Source: Utricularia gibba
Taxonomy: Eukaryota > Plantae > Magnoliophyta
Assembly (NCBI GenBank): GCA_002189035.1
Contig: CM007989.1
Coordinates: forward strand, 3,906,001 to 3,970,000
Length of the DNA: 64,000 nt
Direction: 5' to 3'
Positions within the stretch are counted from its first letter, which is position 1; each line of letters starts with the position of its first letter. Shown one piece after another: positions 22,310-39,203 of the stretch. The position numbers were made by a program, and so were the translations under genes. Under the pieces are notes generated by a model. The model had not been told where the DNA came from. It ran no database searches and saw only the letters and a program-made list of their open reading frames with translations.

Positions 22310-24985
22310 TCAAGACGAGGGAACAATGGTCCCCATGTAGCCGAAGCCAGCGATGGTGAAGGTGATGACTTGAAGGAAGAGATATATGAAATAGTTGTTC
22401 TTGCCATAGAGGAAATCGTAGCATCCACAGAAGAAGAGAAAGAGCGCGAATCCCAGTTCTTGCAGGAGGATTCTGTGAGGAGTAAACAGGTAAATGATTT
22501 GATCAAAATCCAGGACGTAAGTAGGACAACAAGTAAGTTTTTTCATTCACCTGTCTCCAAGGAGCTTGGACAGAGACTTTTTGGGTGCACCTGCTTTGTT
22601 CTTGTTCTTCAGAGCATCTCCAAGCTTCTCTGTAACCACCCACTCGTTGGCTCTCTTGGCCTCTAACAGGCCGATGAAGGTCGCCTTCGTGCGGTGGAAG
22701 GACATCACATTCTCAAACAGAACCCAAAAGAACAAGAGATGGAATGACCTGAGAAGCAGCACATCACATTCCTTTATCTCTGCAGCTTCCATGAACACCG
22801 TGTGAGATGAGATGTGCAGCTTACCTCGGAGTTCCGACGGAGTTGAGCATGGTTATAATGCAAGGAATGTAGATGGCTCCCCATTTTGGAACTTCAACTT
22901 CAGGGACAAGAACTGAGAGGGGGAGCACCACGCAGTAGAAGATGAAGGTGAACATGTGGGCGATGAGCTTCCGGACAAAGAAGAAACTGTAGATGACATA
23001 GAACTTCTTGTACAGCGAAACTTTCTGCGCACAAACAGGGAAAGTTCACTATACTCTGGAAAAGACAGCAGGCACGTCAAGCCCTTGAAACAAACCTTGT
23101 TCGTTGCTATATCCATCACCATTTTCCTGAACAAATTGGCCGGCCCACAGGACCACCTGTGCTGCTGGAAACGGAAGGCTTTGAATGTGCTAGGAAGCTC
23201 ACTTTTCACCTACAAAAACATACACATCACATCACACTCAGATCACATCCACCATTAAAACGTCGTGCACCAGAAGGAGAGTAAAAGATGATGCACCTGA
23301 AGGTCTCCCAAATAGAGGAACTTCCAGCCTCTGAGCCCAGCGCGAACAGCCAGATCCATGTCCTCAACCGTCGTCCGATCCTTCCAACCTCCAGCCTCCT
23401 CGATCGCAGAGAGTCTCCATATCCCACCTGTTCCTGAGAGGCATCATGTGGCAGAGAGGTTCAGCACCAGTTGTGGGCGCCCACCCATGGTTTCCGGGAG
23501 TCTCACCGTTGAAGCCAAAGAAGGCATGCGTGGAAGATCCCACCTCCTGCTCAACCTTGAAATGGTAATCAAGAGACATTTCTTGCATTCTTGTCAGCAT
23601 GCACTCGTCGGAATTCACTGTGCAGATACCACACAACATCAGGCCGCAAATCGCTTTTGCATATTGCAAAATTTTACAGAGAAAAAAGAAGTAGAAAACT
23701 AAAATTTCACCGGACAGGACAAGTAAACGACCAACCGCCGTTCACTTCTGAAGGAAACCACGTGACAGAATACTGCTACAGTCATCATCCTACAGCCCCG
23801 GGTCCCACATTGACTACCTTCCAATTACGTAATTACCCCTGAGGCTTGACTGACTTTATAGGGAATTAAATTGAAAAATATATTTTTTCTGTGTAAATAA
23901 TATTTTTATGATAAGAAATATAATTAAAAAATTAATTATTGAAACTAATTACGTTCAATATAAAAAAAGATTCAATCGCTTTTAAAACATTTAGACGAGG
24001 GTAAAATTGTAAGTGAAAAAATTAACGAGGGGGGCGCCCCGGCGACCGACACACGGAATATTTGATTAAAAAATAAAAAGAAAAAGAAAAAGGTAGACGG
24101 TGAATGCGGCGAGGCTTACCGAACCTCCATCGCGCCTGGACGAGGGCGATATCGGGGTTGTGGATGAGGAAGGGGACGGCGCGGCGGAGGAAATCGGGCT
24201 CCGGTCGGAAATCGGCATCGAAGATAACGACGTATTCACACGCCTTGGCGTAACCGTGTTTCAATCCTTCTTTTAACGCTCCGGCTTTGTACCCGCCGCG
24301 AGTTTCCCGGATCTGGTACCGGATATCCACTCCCTTGCTCGCCCACCGCGAACATTCCTTCTCCACCAAATCCTGCTCCGAATATACAGTTTAATTCTCT
24401 CCTCTTCATTAATTTCAGTTTCATCGGGACAAAGAAAAGGGAAGGTTTCCGGTGACGGCGAAGGTTTTACGGGGATTTGGAGTAAATCGGGTTACCTTAA
24501 TGTAGGGGTCTGTGGAATCATCTAGAACCTGAATGACTAATCTATCGGCCGGCCATGATAGGTGGCAGGCGGCGCCGATGGAGATCTTGTAAACCTGGAA
24601 CAAGCGCCGGCGGCACCGGAGTCAGGCAGAGATTTTTTCTCAGAGCGAATTCAAAGAAAAAAATGCATACCTCCTTCTCGTTGTACATAGGGATCTGAAC
24701 GAGGACGAGAGGGTAATCGCCGTTCAAGGACTCGACGTCCTCCGTCATGGGCTCCCATTTATACCGTTTCTCCGGCTTCTTCCAAAACAGCTTAACCAGG
24801 ACGATAACGACTCCCATGTACAATCTCTCGAGAAACACCATTATCGACATTCCCAAACAAAGATAGACGCAGAGATTGAGCACCGGCACGATGAGCGGAG
24901 CTCTCACAGTTTCCCACAGAAACCCAATTTGCCCCCCGGCTACCCTCGCGTAACCCGGTCGAGCAAACTCTATTACCTCCGCCAT
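22310..24985 (-). CDS. CSLA2: Cellulose synthase-like A (glucomannan 4-beta-mannosyltransferase), CSLA2-like, 529 aa
   Basis: 9 exons: 24985-24671, 24594-24496, 24372-24120, 23617-23507, 23433-23297, 23209-23096, 23024-22825, 22748-22551, 22472-22310, totalling 1590 nt in frame. GT2 motifs [33 protein letters not shown]. Confidence 0.96.
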
Positions 24986-27953
24986 GTCCGCCGGAAAAAC
25001 CAAGCAAACAACACAACACAGAGAATCTTTGGTAGCTAAAATACAGTAGCTGCAGACAGATCGACTGATTTCTTTACAGATTTCAGAACACGCAACATGA
25101 AATGTGGTCCTGAATTTTGTCCTCGCTCAACTGCTTCCTCCGGCAATGCCTTCCTTGCTTCCTTTCACCGCTCCCCTTCTTCTCAGAGCAGAAGAGAGGC
25201 GCAGAAGCACTGCGCTCTCCGAACCTGAGCAAGGGGAAAAAGGGTATAAGAAGCACGTGAGAGCGAGCGAGAAACTAAAATGGCGTCTTCTATATTAATA
25301 CTAATCACCCCAATGTACGTATTTTCACTAATTAAACCAAAAATTAAAATTAATCACATTTGATATTGTCTCCTATGTCTGTTTTTTTTCTCCCTAAAAA
25401 TTCAGAAATATCTTCGGTCAAAATCAATAATTTCGAATTGCCCCCCAATCTATTGAAAATTACCAATTCGCACAAATCGATAAATAATTTAAAAAAATAT
25501 GAATGTTTTTGTAGAAATTATTATTTATCAAATAATTGATATAATATTTATATAGATCATTGAAGCTAACATTTTTTTAAACGATGAAGATAATATTATA
25601 TTTTATCATTATGCCATAAGGATATATGTGTACCTAAAAACGTTTTTATCTAAACATTTACAACGGTTCATGTAAATAGGTAAAAACATATTTCAAAAAT
25701 ATGAATAAACTCTATCAATTGATAAATTTGCATTTCATTGAATGATGTTTTAAATTAAAAATTATTTTAATTTCAAATTCATAATAATACTGACTATCAA
25801 ATATAAAATTATTGTGTGCTATTTAATATAAAATATTTCCCATTTAAACTGAATACTTTTCATCATGAGAGTCAAAAATCTTTAATTAAATACAGTAGAT
25901 GCCAAAAGTCAGGGCCCCAAATTGTAATTTATTCAATAAAGAAAAATAAGTTGGAAATGGTCAATGAATTAAGATAATTAGTCATAAATAACACGTCAGA
26001 ATTACTTATTTTAACCGCCCGCAATTTTATTACAAATATTACTTTTTTTTAAATATGAAAAATGTCTGACACCTTGAACTGGCCATGACCTGTTCGGCTG
26101 TACCCTGGACACGTCATTAATTGAGCTTTTTTTATTTCTTTTTTTGGGGAAGAAAAAGGTCCTCTTTTGACTATTAAATTTACTGTAAATAAATATCATT
26201 TAAGACACTTTTTTATTTCATTTCATGGGGTGTAAAAGTGAAAAGAGCTGCCGACACAGAGAGATCTCAATGTTTACCATGTTTGGATACCTGGCAGACA
26301 CTGTGGGGTCCACCCACTGTAATTGTAATGCATCTCTTTCATAGAATCGACTTATGAAGAATATTTATAGTTATTTTGTTCCACTTTATTAATCTAGTTT
26401 ATTTTTATTTGAATAATGAAAACAAACTAATGTAAATAGAATCCATATTGGACAAACATACAATTATATAAAATTTTTGTACTTAAATTTTAATTATATG
26501 AATATATTATATTTTTATTAATTAATTTTAAATATAAATAAATACATGTGTTTATAAATATTTGTGAATTTCAAATAAATGAAAATGGACAAATTTTTTT
26601 TATTAAATCAATAAATATGTACAAATTTTTAGTTCGATAAAAATTAAATAAATTAACATATTTTGTTAGAATAACAACCCGAATCATATTCCTAATTATT
26701 TTTCTTTTCTTTTTTTTTTACTGCTGTGAATGCGTGTGTTTACCGCCTGATGACGTGGCAACAAGGAAGCATCGGACTCGCGTGTCCTGTAGTTGGGGCT
26801 GGTTGCTTGGACGTCGATGTCGACGTGGGGCACCACGTAGTGCACCATTCTACTAGACCATGACCAAGACCCATTCTACTTCCTTTGATCATTTCTCCTC
26901 AAACACACATGCTTCATTTCATTCCTTTCAGAGTCATATACACGCACAAATCAATTTCGTACTTGGATTCAGGACTTTCGAAACCATATCTTTCAAACGT
27001 ATATTCAATTATATCTATAGTTTATATGTGTTTGAACATATCATATGTTTTTCGAAATTGTTTTACGTAAGTTCTATTTGATTTTGCTTTTTACAAGTTG
27101 CTCTCGATAAAAATTAGAAATATTTAAAAAATTTGTGTTTCTTTGATATAATTGGCTTATATTTAATAGTAAAACTAAACATAAGTCATTCCAAATTCTC
27201 TCTTTCCGTAGACTTCCTCCCTACAAATTTGTTAATAATATAGAAATTAGAATAATTCATAAATACAAATTTTATTTTTAAATTAACTTTTAATACATAA
27301 AACTACGGTTGGAACCGAATGGTTCCATTTCGGTTTTGATGAATTTGATATTGAATCATAGTTTATGAATTGATGAAATCGATGGATTCCGAACCCCTCA
27401 CAAGGCTAGGTACATTAACCACATGATGTTTCCGTATGGGTGCCTCCATTCATAGAAAATTAAGTCGCGTCAATTTTATTTGAGCAGGTCTACTGTTATT
27501 TTTTATTTTTTAATTTGGATAATGACGCCCCCGATTGCCTTCAAGTGCATTTTAATATGCAGCAAGACATTTTCTTCTCCCCCCGCGTGCTTTCGTCAGA
27601 GAGGAACAGGTCTGATTTTTCTTTTTTTAATTAGGTATAATGACGCTTATAAATTTTAATGCCGTTTAATTAATTATTCATAATTTGCAGTGTCGCGATA
27701 CAATTAAAATGATTGACGTCTACATTTCTTTTCTTTTTTTGAGTTTTTTACTACCAAAACATATGAATCAATGAAACTTGTGGTGTGAGAATTAGGGTTT
27801 AAATTTTTTGTGATATTTATGGGAAAGTTTAGAAAATTTCAGAATTTGGTCTTTTTCGAAATAAAATATTTCCGAAATTTCTTCGAAATTTCATCTAAAT
27901 TTCGATTGTGTATTAAATGGACAAATAGAGGGGTAGTCATGGGGAAGACAAGG

Positions 27954-28009
27954 TCACGTGCGGATGAGCATTAACTCCAGGGGAAGATAGAGGAATGATA
28001 TCACGTGCG
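27954..28009. promoter_or_regulatory. Twin TCACGTGCG sites (G-box overlapping a BRRE-type CGTGCG)
   Basis: Identical 9-mers at 27954-27962 and 28001-28009 inside a GC-rich island about 3 kb upstream of CSLA2. Confidence 0.4.
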
Positions 28010-29218
28010 CTTTCCTGAAGAACAGGCAAGTGTTCCTATTTTATGGGGCACTCGACCCACGCGACGGTCGGCCGGCGACGACGGACGGACGACGGTCGGC
28101 TGTGGTCGCGGCGGCCGGGCGTGGGTGATTAATGGTAAAATTGAATTAGAGGGAAAATTATGTTTTGTAATTGATGATTAATTGTGTTATTTTTATAAAT
28201 AGTAAGGATTTTTTTACTCGATTTTTAAATAATAAATATTAATTATAAATGCTTTTGAAAAAAGAAATATTAAAATAATATTTGTATGGAACTTTTATGA
28301 CATTTAGAAAAACGATTATTTGTGCATTTTTCCCGTATTTTATTATGGTAATTTCTGAGTTAATATTCGTTGGTCGAAAGAAAATTCTCCAAATTATTTT
28401 TTAAGTTTTTTTTTATTTTTTCTATCTGCTTTAAACATATTTATAAAAAATAAACACATATTTTTAAAATATGTATATCAAGCATACGTCAATTTTGATT
28501 ATTTAATTTTTTTTCTAAATGCAAATAATTCAGCTACATTTTCGATTTAATTATCATTTTACCAAATGCCCAAAAGGTTTTAGGATAATAGTATACAAAT
28601 TTATTTAATTTTATAATCGAACTTACTCTAAAATTATAGATAAATACTAGACATTTTCAATTTTTATATCAGTAGACCTTTTAATTTTCAATTGAAATTA
28701 AACATGACTAATGTACAATTTATATTATTTAATTCCAATTTTTTTAAAAAAGCCGGGCTGGATCAGCGGAGACCTTTTGTGGCACGTTTCGGCCTTCGGG
28801 TGCATGTGATTCACATTCATTAAGAATCCAGAGACCAGACATTGGTTTCTTTCAATGTTTTTGTTTCTTTGTCTGGGACAACGATTTAGATGGTCTTGGT
28901 AGTTTGCTCATGTGAATTTGTTCACATGGTTATGAGTTTTGTCTGTAGAGTAAAATCTTCAAAATTATATCTAAAATGAACAATATCGATATGCAATATG
29001 ATTTCATTGTTCCGGGTGATTTGAGGATCCATGAGGAGAAGAAAGAGAAGCCAAAAAACTGCACATAAAAATGTGATGGAATTGGAATCTGGAGTAGCCA
29101 CGACAAACCATATTGTTCAATGCATCCGCACGTCCGCAGTCATATGTCAGCGCAGTGAATGGAATGGACAACGGGGAACAAGAAAAATGGAACCAGTAGA
29201 TTAGAAGAACACCTCCCA

Positions 29219-31527
<2,309 letters not shown>

Positions 31528-31965
31528 TCAACCGGAGTGATCAATTTTTTAAATATAAGTATTCATTATATGTAGATAAATAAATCATTTTAAATCCGAT
31601 GAATGCCAAAAACTGGATCCGAACCCCATGTCATCATATGTGGGCCCAATCGATGTGAAGCCCAACGAAGCCCAAGCCCAATACCGATCCTCAATTCATG
31701 GAAGTAATATTCGTAATTGTAAATATTGTCAAATTATGAAACAATTAGATCAAATATATTCGGTTTTTAAATATTTAGGATCAATTATACTAGTATTTAA
31801 ATGGTTGAAACAAAAAATTATTAAAATTAAAGAAATTGAGAACTAAATATGCTCGATACATTAGAATTTGAGGATTAAATATTTTCGATACACCAAAATT
31901 TGGGAGCAAATAGGATTAACCATGTTATCTTCATTAAATATTAAAAACTAAACATACCAATTTTA

Positions 31966-32385
31966 GGGTGTGTTTAGTTGAAAGTAATATGATGAAATGG
32001 TTTTATATTAATGAGGATTAGATAAAATAGTATGAGGTGGGATATCATTTTTTATTGTGTTTGGTTAGTTAAATAGAATTATTTTATATCAGTTGAGGAT
32101 ATTAAAATATACGAAATTTTAAAAAGGATAATTTACTGAAATACACTTTTGGAATTAAAGTCTTTTTTTCTAAAAATAAATATGGGTGTAAAATAAGGTT
32201 AATTTGATAAAATTATATTATGAAATTAAGTAAAGTAAAAGGATGTGGTTACTTTATATAATCCCACCAATAAGGTTTTATCAAATCCATATATAATCCC
32301 GGGATATATAAACCCACAAATCAAACACAGTAATATCTAATACCCATTAATTAATCTCCCCTTATACCTCCAACTAAACACTAAC
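31966..32385. mobile_element. Tourist-like (PIF/Harbinger) MITE, 420 bp
   Basis: TIRs GGGTGTGTTTAGTTG and CAACTAAACACTAAC (imperfect). TTA target-site duplication on both sides (31963-31965 and 32386-32388). Lies between the divergent SRPK and PAO genes. Confidence 0.75.
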
Positions 32386-32850
32386 TTAGTAAATAGTGGG
32401 GATGTATTGAATCAAATTCCTTTAATTTAATTTTATTACAAAGTTGTTCAGTTGTAATTAAATCACATTTTTGTAAATAGCAAGATATGGATATTAGTAT
32501 TATTAAAAATATGAATTATCATGAACATATTTTTATATCATAAAAAATAATATATTTTTTCTTATTTTTAGTGAAGTATTTTCTAATTCAGTAAATATAA
32601 ATAATTTTCAATCAAAATATAATTTCAAAGTCAAATTGTGTGCGGTTTACAAATATTAATTAATTAAAATTTATCTTGTTTTTCATTTGGAACAAAACAC
32701 AATTTGAATAAATAAAATATTATGTATTTTTTTATTTTTAGTTATTATGGAGAAGAATAAAAGGATATTTTGTCGACAAAATCGGGAACTTTGGAAAATA
32801 CGGGAAGTTTCAAGTGTGACTTCGTCCCCCTCTGCAACCAGAAACTTGGT

Positions 32851-35186
32851 ATGGCTGCTTCCGATTCGTTGTCTATATTCACTTCTTCCTCGGTCACGCC
32901 CTGCGTTCCTCGGTTCTCCCTTCGCCCCCGAAACGTGTGCAGTTTCCCCTTGAGGAGAAACAGAAGATTTTCGAAGAATTTGCTGCGCGTGGCTGCGCCT
33001 AAATCCTCCCCTGCTTCCACGGTTGCTGAAGAAAATCAGCAACGCACGGACCCTGTAATCGAACCCAACGACACCCCATCATCGAAATTTTCATGGAGAG
33101 ATCACTGGTACCCTGTTTCGCTTGTGGAAGACCTTGATCCGCGTTATCCCACTCCATTTCAGCTCCTGAATCGGGATCTTGTTATCTGGTTTGATCAATC
33201 TTCTTCGCAGTGGGTTGCGTTTGATGATAAATGTCCTCATAGGCTCGCTCCCTTGTCGGTATTTTACCTCAAAAGCTTCCCTCTTGTCGTTTCCTTTTTT
33301 TTTATTGCTGTGCTGAATCTAGAAGTTCCTGAATGTACATTCTTTGGCTTGTGATATTAGATTTCCCTGATCGTCGAATCTAGTTCCAGATGCGATTATA
33401 ACATTACATTCTTGATGAATCCAAGCATACCTTAGTTCATGCGTGAAACCTAGCATTAAGTGATAACTAACCAAGGCTGTAACTTTGTAGGAGGGTAGAC
33501 TCGATGAAAACGGGCACTTGCAGTGCTCATATCATGGATGGTCTTTTGATGGATGTGGGTCATGTACGCGGATCCCTCAGGCAGCATCAGAGGGTCCGGA
33601 GGCTCGAGCCTTCAAGTCACCAAAGGCATGTGCAACAAGGTTTCCGACGATAGTTTCACAAGGGCTTCTTTTTGTTTGGCCAGATGAGAATGGTTTGGAG
33701 AAAGCTAAACTCACAGAACCCCCTAGGTGAGTTGTGCTACTATCCTTCATTCTCCAGTTATTGCAGAGGTCCTAATTCTAGTATATGTTCATTTTCTTCT
33801 CAGACTTCCTGATGATTTCAGTAATCCCGAGTTCTCTACAGTTACAATTCAGCGTGATTTGTTCTATGGCTATGATACACTCATGGAGAATGTGTCTGAT
33901 CCTTCGCACATTGACTTTGCTCACCACAAGGTAAGTTGTAAAGGGCGTTGTACACTTAAGCTGCTGTGTCTTTGTTTGTTTTTAGGTAGTTCTGCTTATC
34001 ATGTACTTGGCCTTCGCTGGCATTCCAAAACTAACAGGTCACTGGAAGAAGGGATAGAGCAAAGCCTCTGCCATTTAAGATGGATTCAAGTGGACCGTGG
34101 GGTTTTTCTGGTGCAAATAATGACAACCCCAAAATCACTGCCAAATTTATTGCTCCATGCTATGCAATGAACAAGTAAGTCTTAGCATTATAGAAATGAG
34201 GAAAACCAGTGCTATTCTGTATGGCTCTGGTTCTTGTGTGACTGGTAAATTTACTCCTTGCTCATTCAGCTCATAAATACCTTGTTCATGTTGTTACATT
34301 GCTTTCTTGAAAGGATTGAAATCGATACAAAGCTTCCGTTTTTCGGTGAGCAAAAGTGGGTTATATGGATTTGCTCCTTCAATATTCCCATGGCACCCGG
34401 AAAGACACGCTCAATAGTCTGCAGTGCTCGAAACTTTTTCCAGTATGCCATGCCAGGCCCTGCTTGGTGGCAGGTAAGATTTTCTGCTTCTCTAGAGTTT
34501 GCAGTGGAATGGAATCACCAAATCTCCTGATATTTGAGTTCCGGTGCTTCGACGCCATTTGTCGAATCGAAACAGGTGGTTCCCCGTTGGCATGAGCACT
34601 GGACATCAAACAAGGTGTACGATGGAGACATGATAGTACTTCAGGGACAAGAAAAGGTCTTCCTTGCGCAATCCAGTGATGGATCCGTGGACATAAACCA
34701 GGAGTACTCAAAAATGACATTCACTCCCACGCAAGCAGATCGTTTCGTTTTGGCATTCAGGAACTGGCTAAGACAACATGGGAACAGCCAACCCCAGTGG
34801 TTTGGAAACACTAGCCAACAGCCATTGCCATCCACCATCTTGTCCAAACGCCAGGTACTGATCATCCCACCCCAACTTCATCACATCAGTATTCTGTTCC
34901 TTCTCATCATTCCCACATCTGCATGACGCAGATGCTGGATAGATTCGAGCAGCACACACTCAAATGTGCATCCTGTAGAAAGGGCTACGATCTGTTCAAG
35001 ACATTGCAGAAGGTGTTCCTTGGTGCGGCCATCGTTTTCATGGCGACTGCCGGGATTCCTGCAGACATCACATTGCGGGTAGCTCTGGCAGGTGCAGCCA
35101 TTCTGAGTGCTTCTTTGGGTTACACTGTGTATCAGCTGCAGAACAACTTCGTGTTTGTAGATTATGTGCATGCTGACATTGATTAG
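32851..35186 (+). CDS. PAO: Pheophorbide a oxygenase, chloroplast Rieske oxygenase
   Basis: 7 exons: 32851-33258, 33491-33726, 33804-33930, 34038-34174, 34314-34473, 34576-34854, 34932-35186. Transit peptide, Rieske CPHRLAPLS and CSYHGW, mononuclear iron site ENVSDPSHIDFAHH, CxxC (CASC), C-terminus FVFVDYVHADID. Confidence 0.97.
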
Positions 35187-37616
35187 CTCAATGCTCATGC
35201 ACAAAACAGAAATGAGGAGCCGCATAGTATGCCACAGAAAGAAATATATTTATAAATTAATTTATATCTATTAGATTAATTTAATTAATAATATATTTTA
35301 TTTGTTTATGTTGAATAAATATGCTTTATGTGATTATAATTAAATATATATTCGATAAAACAATTTAAAAATATGTAAATTAATGATATTTGGGCCGTTG
35401 AAGGATTGTGGCGAAGGCCCACGAGAAGTGGGCCCAGAAACAAGAAACCAACAGCACGAATTATGTGACTGAACCGGTGGATCCAACCCGTGAGGGAAAG
35501 CTCAGCCCAATTTGAGACTACGCGTTCCGTCGAATTCCCGGAATGCCCCCCTACTCCCGACCCCACTCAATCTCAATCACTAGACTCCTAGACCGCCGTT
35601 GACCAAGAAGACACGCCTTGTTCTGCATCATTAAATGAGCTGCTTTTATTACACTATATATTATCATTGGCGTGCTTCCCGTTATTACAAAAAAATATAA
35701 AAAAAGGAGAGCAAAATCTAGGCTTGGTGCCTAATATTTAGATATAAATTCGGTAAATTACAAATTTAGACATACTTTAATATATCTATAAAAAATTGAG
35801 CAAATTTATCGTTCATTTTTTATTTTAATATATGAGATAAAAAAAGTCAAATTTGTAAGTAACTCCGTATAGGAAGCATAAATCCCGTTGTTTTAAAAAT
35901 TAACACGATTAATCCCCAATATTTAATGAAATTAATATCATTAATTACCATTTGACATACTTAGTTCCCATTGATACAGTTAGCCCGAGCGATGGGCGAC
36001 AAGGGGTGGGTGCACGTGACAATTGACATTGGTAGACGGTAGACGGCAACCAAACGTTGGTGGATAATAGTAAAATTAAATTAAAAAAAATTAGCATTTG
36101 CAATTGGGGATCAATTGTGTCATTTGTGTAAATAGTAACAACTCTTTATGAGGATCAATTATGTCATTTAAACAAATAGTCTGAACTATTCATGTAATGT
36201 TCCCACTTAGTATAAATTACGAATGAGGGTGAGCTATGAAAATATATAAAATATTATTTTTATATTTACTTTTTTTTTAATAGTAGTTCAATCCTAATCT
36301 TCTAAATATTTATCTAGATCATTTGTTAAATAATCTCAATCTTCTAAATAAACTTTGATCGAAGTTTGAACATTACAACTAATTTAATTTAAAAAAAACA
36401 GAATTTTTATTTTATATATTATTATATTTTTTTATTATCAATTTCCAATTATATAATCAATTTTAATTGATATTTCACCATTTTCGTGTATCACTGTTTC
36501 AAGATAACATAGGGAGCGAGAGCATTTTTGGTATGTCAATGTGTGCCCACGTTTGAAGCACCACTTCCCTTGTGCATTTGCTTTCTAAAAGTGGGTAGGT
36601 GGTGTTTATTTGTGTCTCATGTGCGCCCTTTCTTTAAAAAGAATCTTAAATGAAAAAAAAATAGGGTACAACTCACACACCACACCTTCACATGCTTTTG
36701 TAAAATTCATAAATAATTTAACGTTATATTCGAATTGTTTATGTTTAGATAAATATATAGTGTACATGTTGTGTTTTTTTTTTTTTTATCTTTTGTTTCA
36801 TATTATATAGAATATAATCGATTTTAAAATCTTATGAATACATTTAATTTTTAGATTTTAAAATTGATTTATGGTATAAAAAGGCAAAGGCTTTATTTTA
36901 ACGTGAATATATATATTGAAATGTAAAATTTTTCTAATTAATCTATTATTTAATTATTAAAATATAGATTCAATGAATTAAATAATTTTTTATATTAATT
37001 ATAGAATTTGAATTTCTAATATTTTGATATGATATGATTGAATTTTATAAAAATTAAATTAAATCACTTCAAAAGATTTAGTTTATCTGACTAGACTTAT
37101 TCTAGTATACGGTTAAAATTGAAAGTGTGATTAGTATATAAAGTTTATAAATATAGATATATTTAGTGTAGATAATGAAAATTAAGATTCATTTTATTAA
37201 CAAAAATAAGATATTTTATGAAGAACAAGTTTATTTAATAAGATAAAATTTGTGGTGCTGGAAAGAGTAATGACGATTTTGCCCCTTGAAGTTTTCTGCA
37301 TTTAACGTTTCTCCAAAGATGGGACAGAAGAAAGGGAGAGATGGCTTCTTCTCCATCACCACATCTTCATCGTCGTCTCTATCTGCAGCAGGTGGGGTGC
37401 TTTCTTTCTTCTTGAAGGAAATAGGAAACCTGGGAAATAGTTTTTTTGATTTTCTAAGAAAAGCGAAGTCATACCCATCAGTCGTCATCTTGTTGGGTCA
37501 AATCTCTGTTTCCGGGTGTTGCTGAATCTCTACTCTTGAGAGCCACCAAACGATGAAAGCTCATGTGCAGGAGCTTTTCTGTTTGTTTAAGAGAGGGGAG
37601 GCTTCAATCTTCGGGT

Positions 37617-39203
37617 ATGATTGATATCATAAAAAGGCGAAGGTTTTATTTGCGGAAGGAGGGAATGAGAAGCCATTGGAGACATGAACGAAGCTTCTCG
37701 TTCAGAAAATTGAGATGGGTTTTTTGGTTTCTTCTCTCTTTTTGTTTCTTCTGTTCGGTTCTCAAGAACCCAACAGTTTCTGTCTCCAGAATCGTTGTTT
37801 CAACTTCTAAACCGTCGCGTGCACTGTTTGAAAACGACGCCCTTTTCAATCCCTCCGCCGTGCGTCTTCCTCGGAGCCGCCGTGGTAGCGCTTCTGTCTC
37901 TTCTTTTTTGGGTTGTCAATTAGATGGTTCTTGGTGGTTTTCTGATTCTTTCCCTGTTTGATTTTTGGCAGAGTCTTCCTTGTTCGGGGCATGAAGGTGT
38001 ACGTCTATGATTTGCCGGCGAAGTACAACAGCGACTGGCTCGCGGACGAGCGCTGCGGTCGTCATTTGTTCGCGGCGGAGGTGGCTGTTCACCGGGCGTT
38101 AATGATTAGCGATGTGAGGGTATTAGACCCATGGGAGGCTGATTTCTTCTTCGTCCCCGTTTACGTTTCATGCAATTTCAGCAAAGTAAACGGCTTTCCG
38201 GCGATTGGCCACGCCCGCTCTCTTCTAGCGGCCGCCGTCCGGGATATCTCGGATCAGTTTCCGTTTTGGAACCGTAGCGGCGGCGCTGACCATGTTTTCG
38301 TCGCCTCTCATGATTTTGGTTCTTGCTTTCACACGATGGTACAGAAGAACAAACCATTTCCGGGACACGCTTGTGAAGGGTTTCGATTTGATATCTGATT
38401 TTTGGTGTTTTTTGCAGGAGGATGTGGCTATGGCGGACGGGGTACCGGAGTTTCTTAAAAACTCGATAATTTTGCAGACATTTGGGGTTAAACAAGAACA
38501 CCCATGCCAGGCGGTTGAGCACATTGTCATTCCGCCCTACATCTCGCCTGAAAGCATTAAAACCACCTTGAAAAAATCTCCGATCTCTGGCAGCCGTGAC
38601 ATCTTCGCGTTTTTCAGGGGAAAAATGGAAGTCCACCCGAAGAACGTCAGCGGCCGATTCTATGGAAGGTTGATCACAAAAGTTTAACCTTTTTGTAGAT
38701 TGGAAAATCACCGATTGACTCTCTTTTTAACGTTTCCCGGCAGGCAAGTCCGTACCATGATCTGGCGGAGATACAGCGGCGACCAGCGGTTTTATCTCCG
38801 GCGAAAAAGATTCGCCGGTTACCAATCGGAGATCGCACGGTCGATTTTCTGTTTGTGTCCCTTGGGCTGGGCTCCATGGAGCCCCAGGCTAGTGGAATCA
38901 GTTGTATTAGGTTGCGTTCCGGTGATAATCGCCGACGGAATCCAGCTACCGTTCCCCTCAGCCATACCTTGGCCGGAGATCTCCATCACGGTGGCGGAGC
39001 GCGACGTCTCGAAAATCGGCGACATCCTGCAACACGTGGCGGCCACGAATCTCACGACCATTCAACGCAACCTTCGCAACCCGACGGCGACGACCGCGCT
39101 TCTGTTCAACGTCCGCATGCTGAAGGGCGACGCCACGTGGCAGGTCCTCGTGGGCCTCCAGGAGAGGCTAGGTCGCTCTCATAGAGCGGCATCTACCCAA
39201 TGA
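37617..39203 (+). CDS. IRX7: GT47 glycosyltransferase IRX7/FRA8/F8H-like (glucuronoxylan synthesis)
   Basis: 4 exons (approximately 37617-37873, 37970-38338, 38418-38668, 38744-39203). Motifs KVYVYDLP, HLFAAEVA, FFFVPVYVSCNFS..NGFPAIGHAR, HDFGSCFHTM, CLCPLGWAPWSPRLVES. The exon 1/2 junction is uncertain (possible 1-bp deletion near 37985). Confidence 0.95.

Noticed and set aside
37231-37525. ORFs upstream of and antisense to IRX7
   Set aside because: Low-complexity promoter or 5' UTR sequence with no homology signal.
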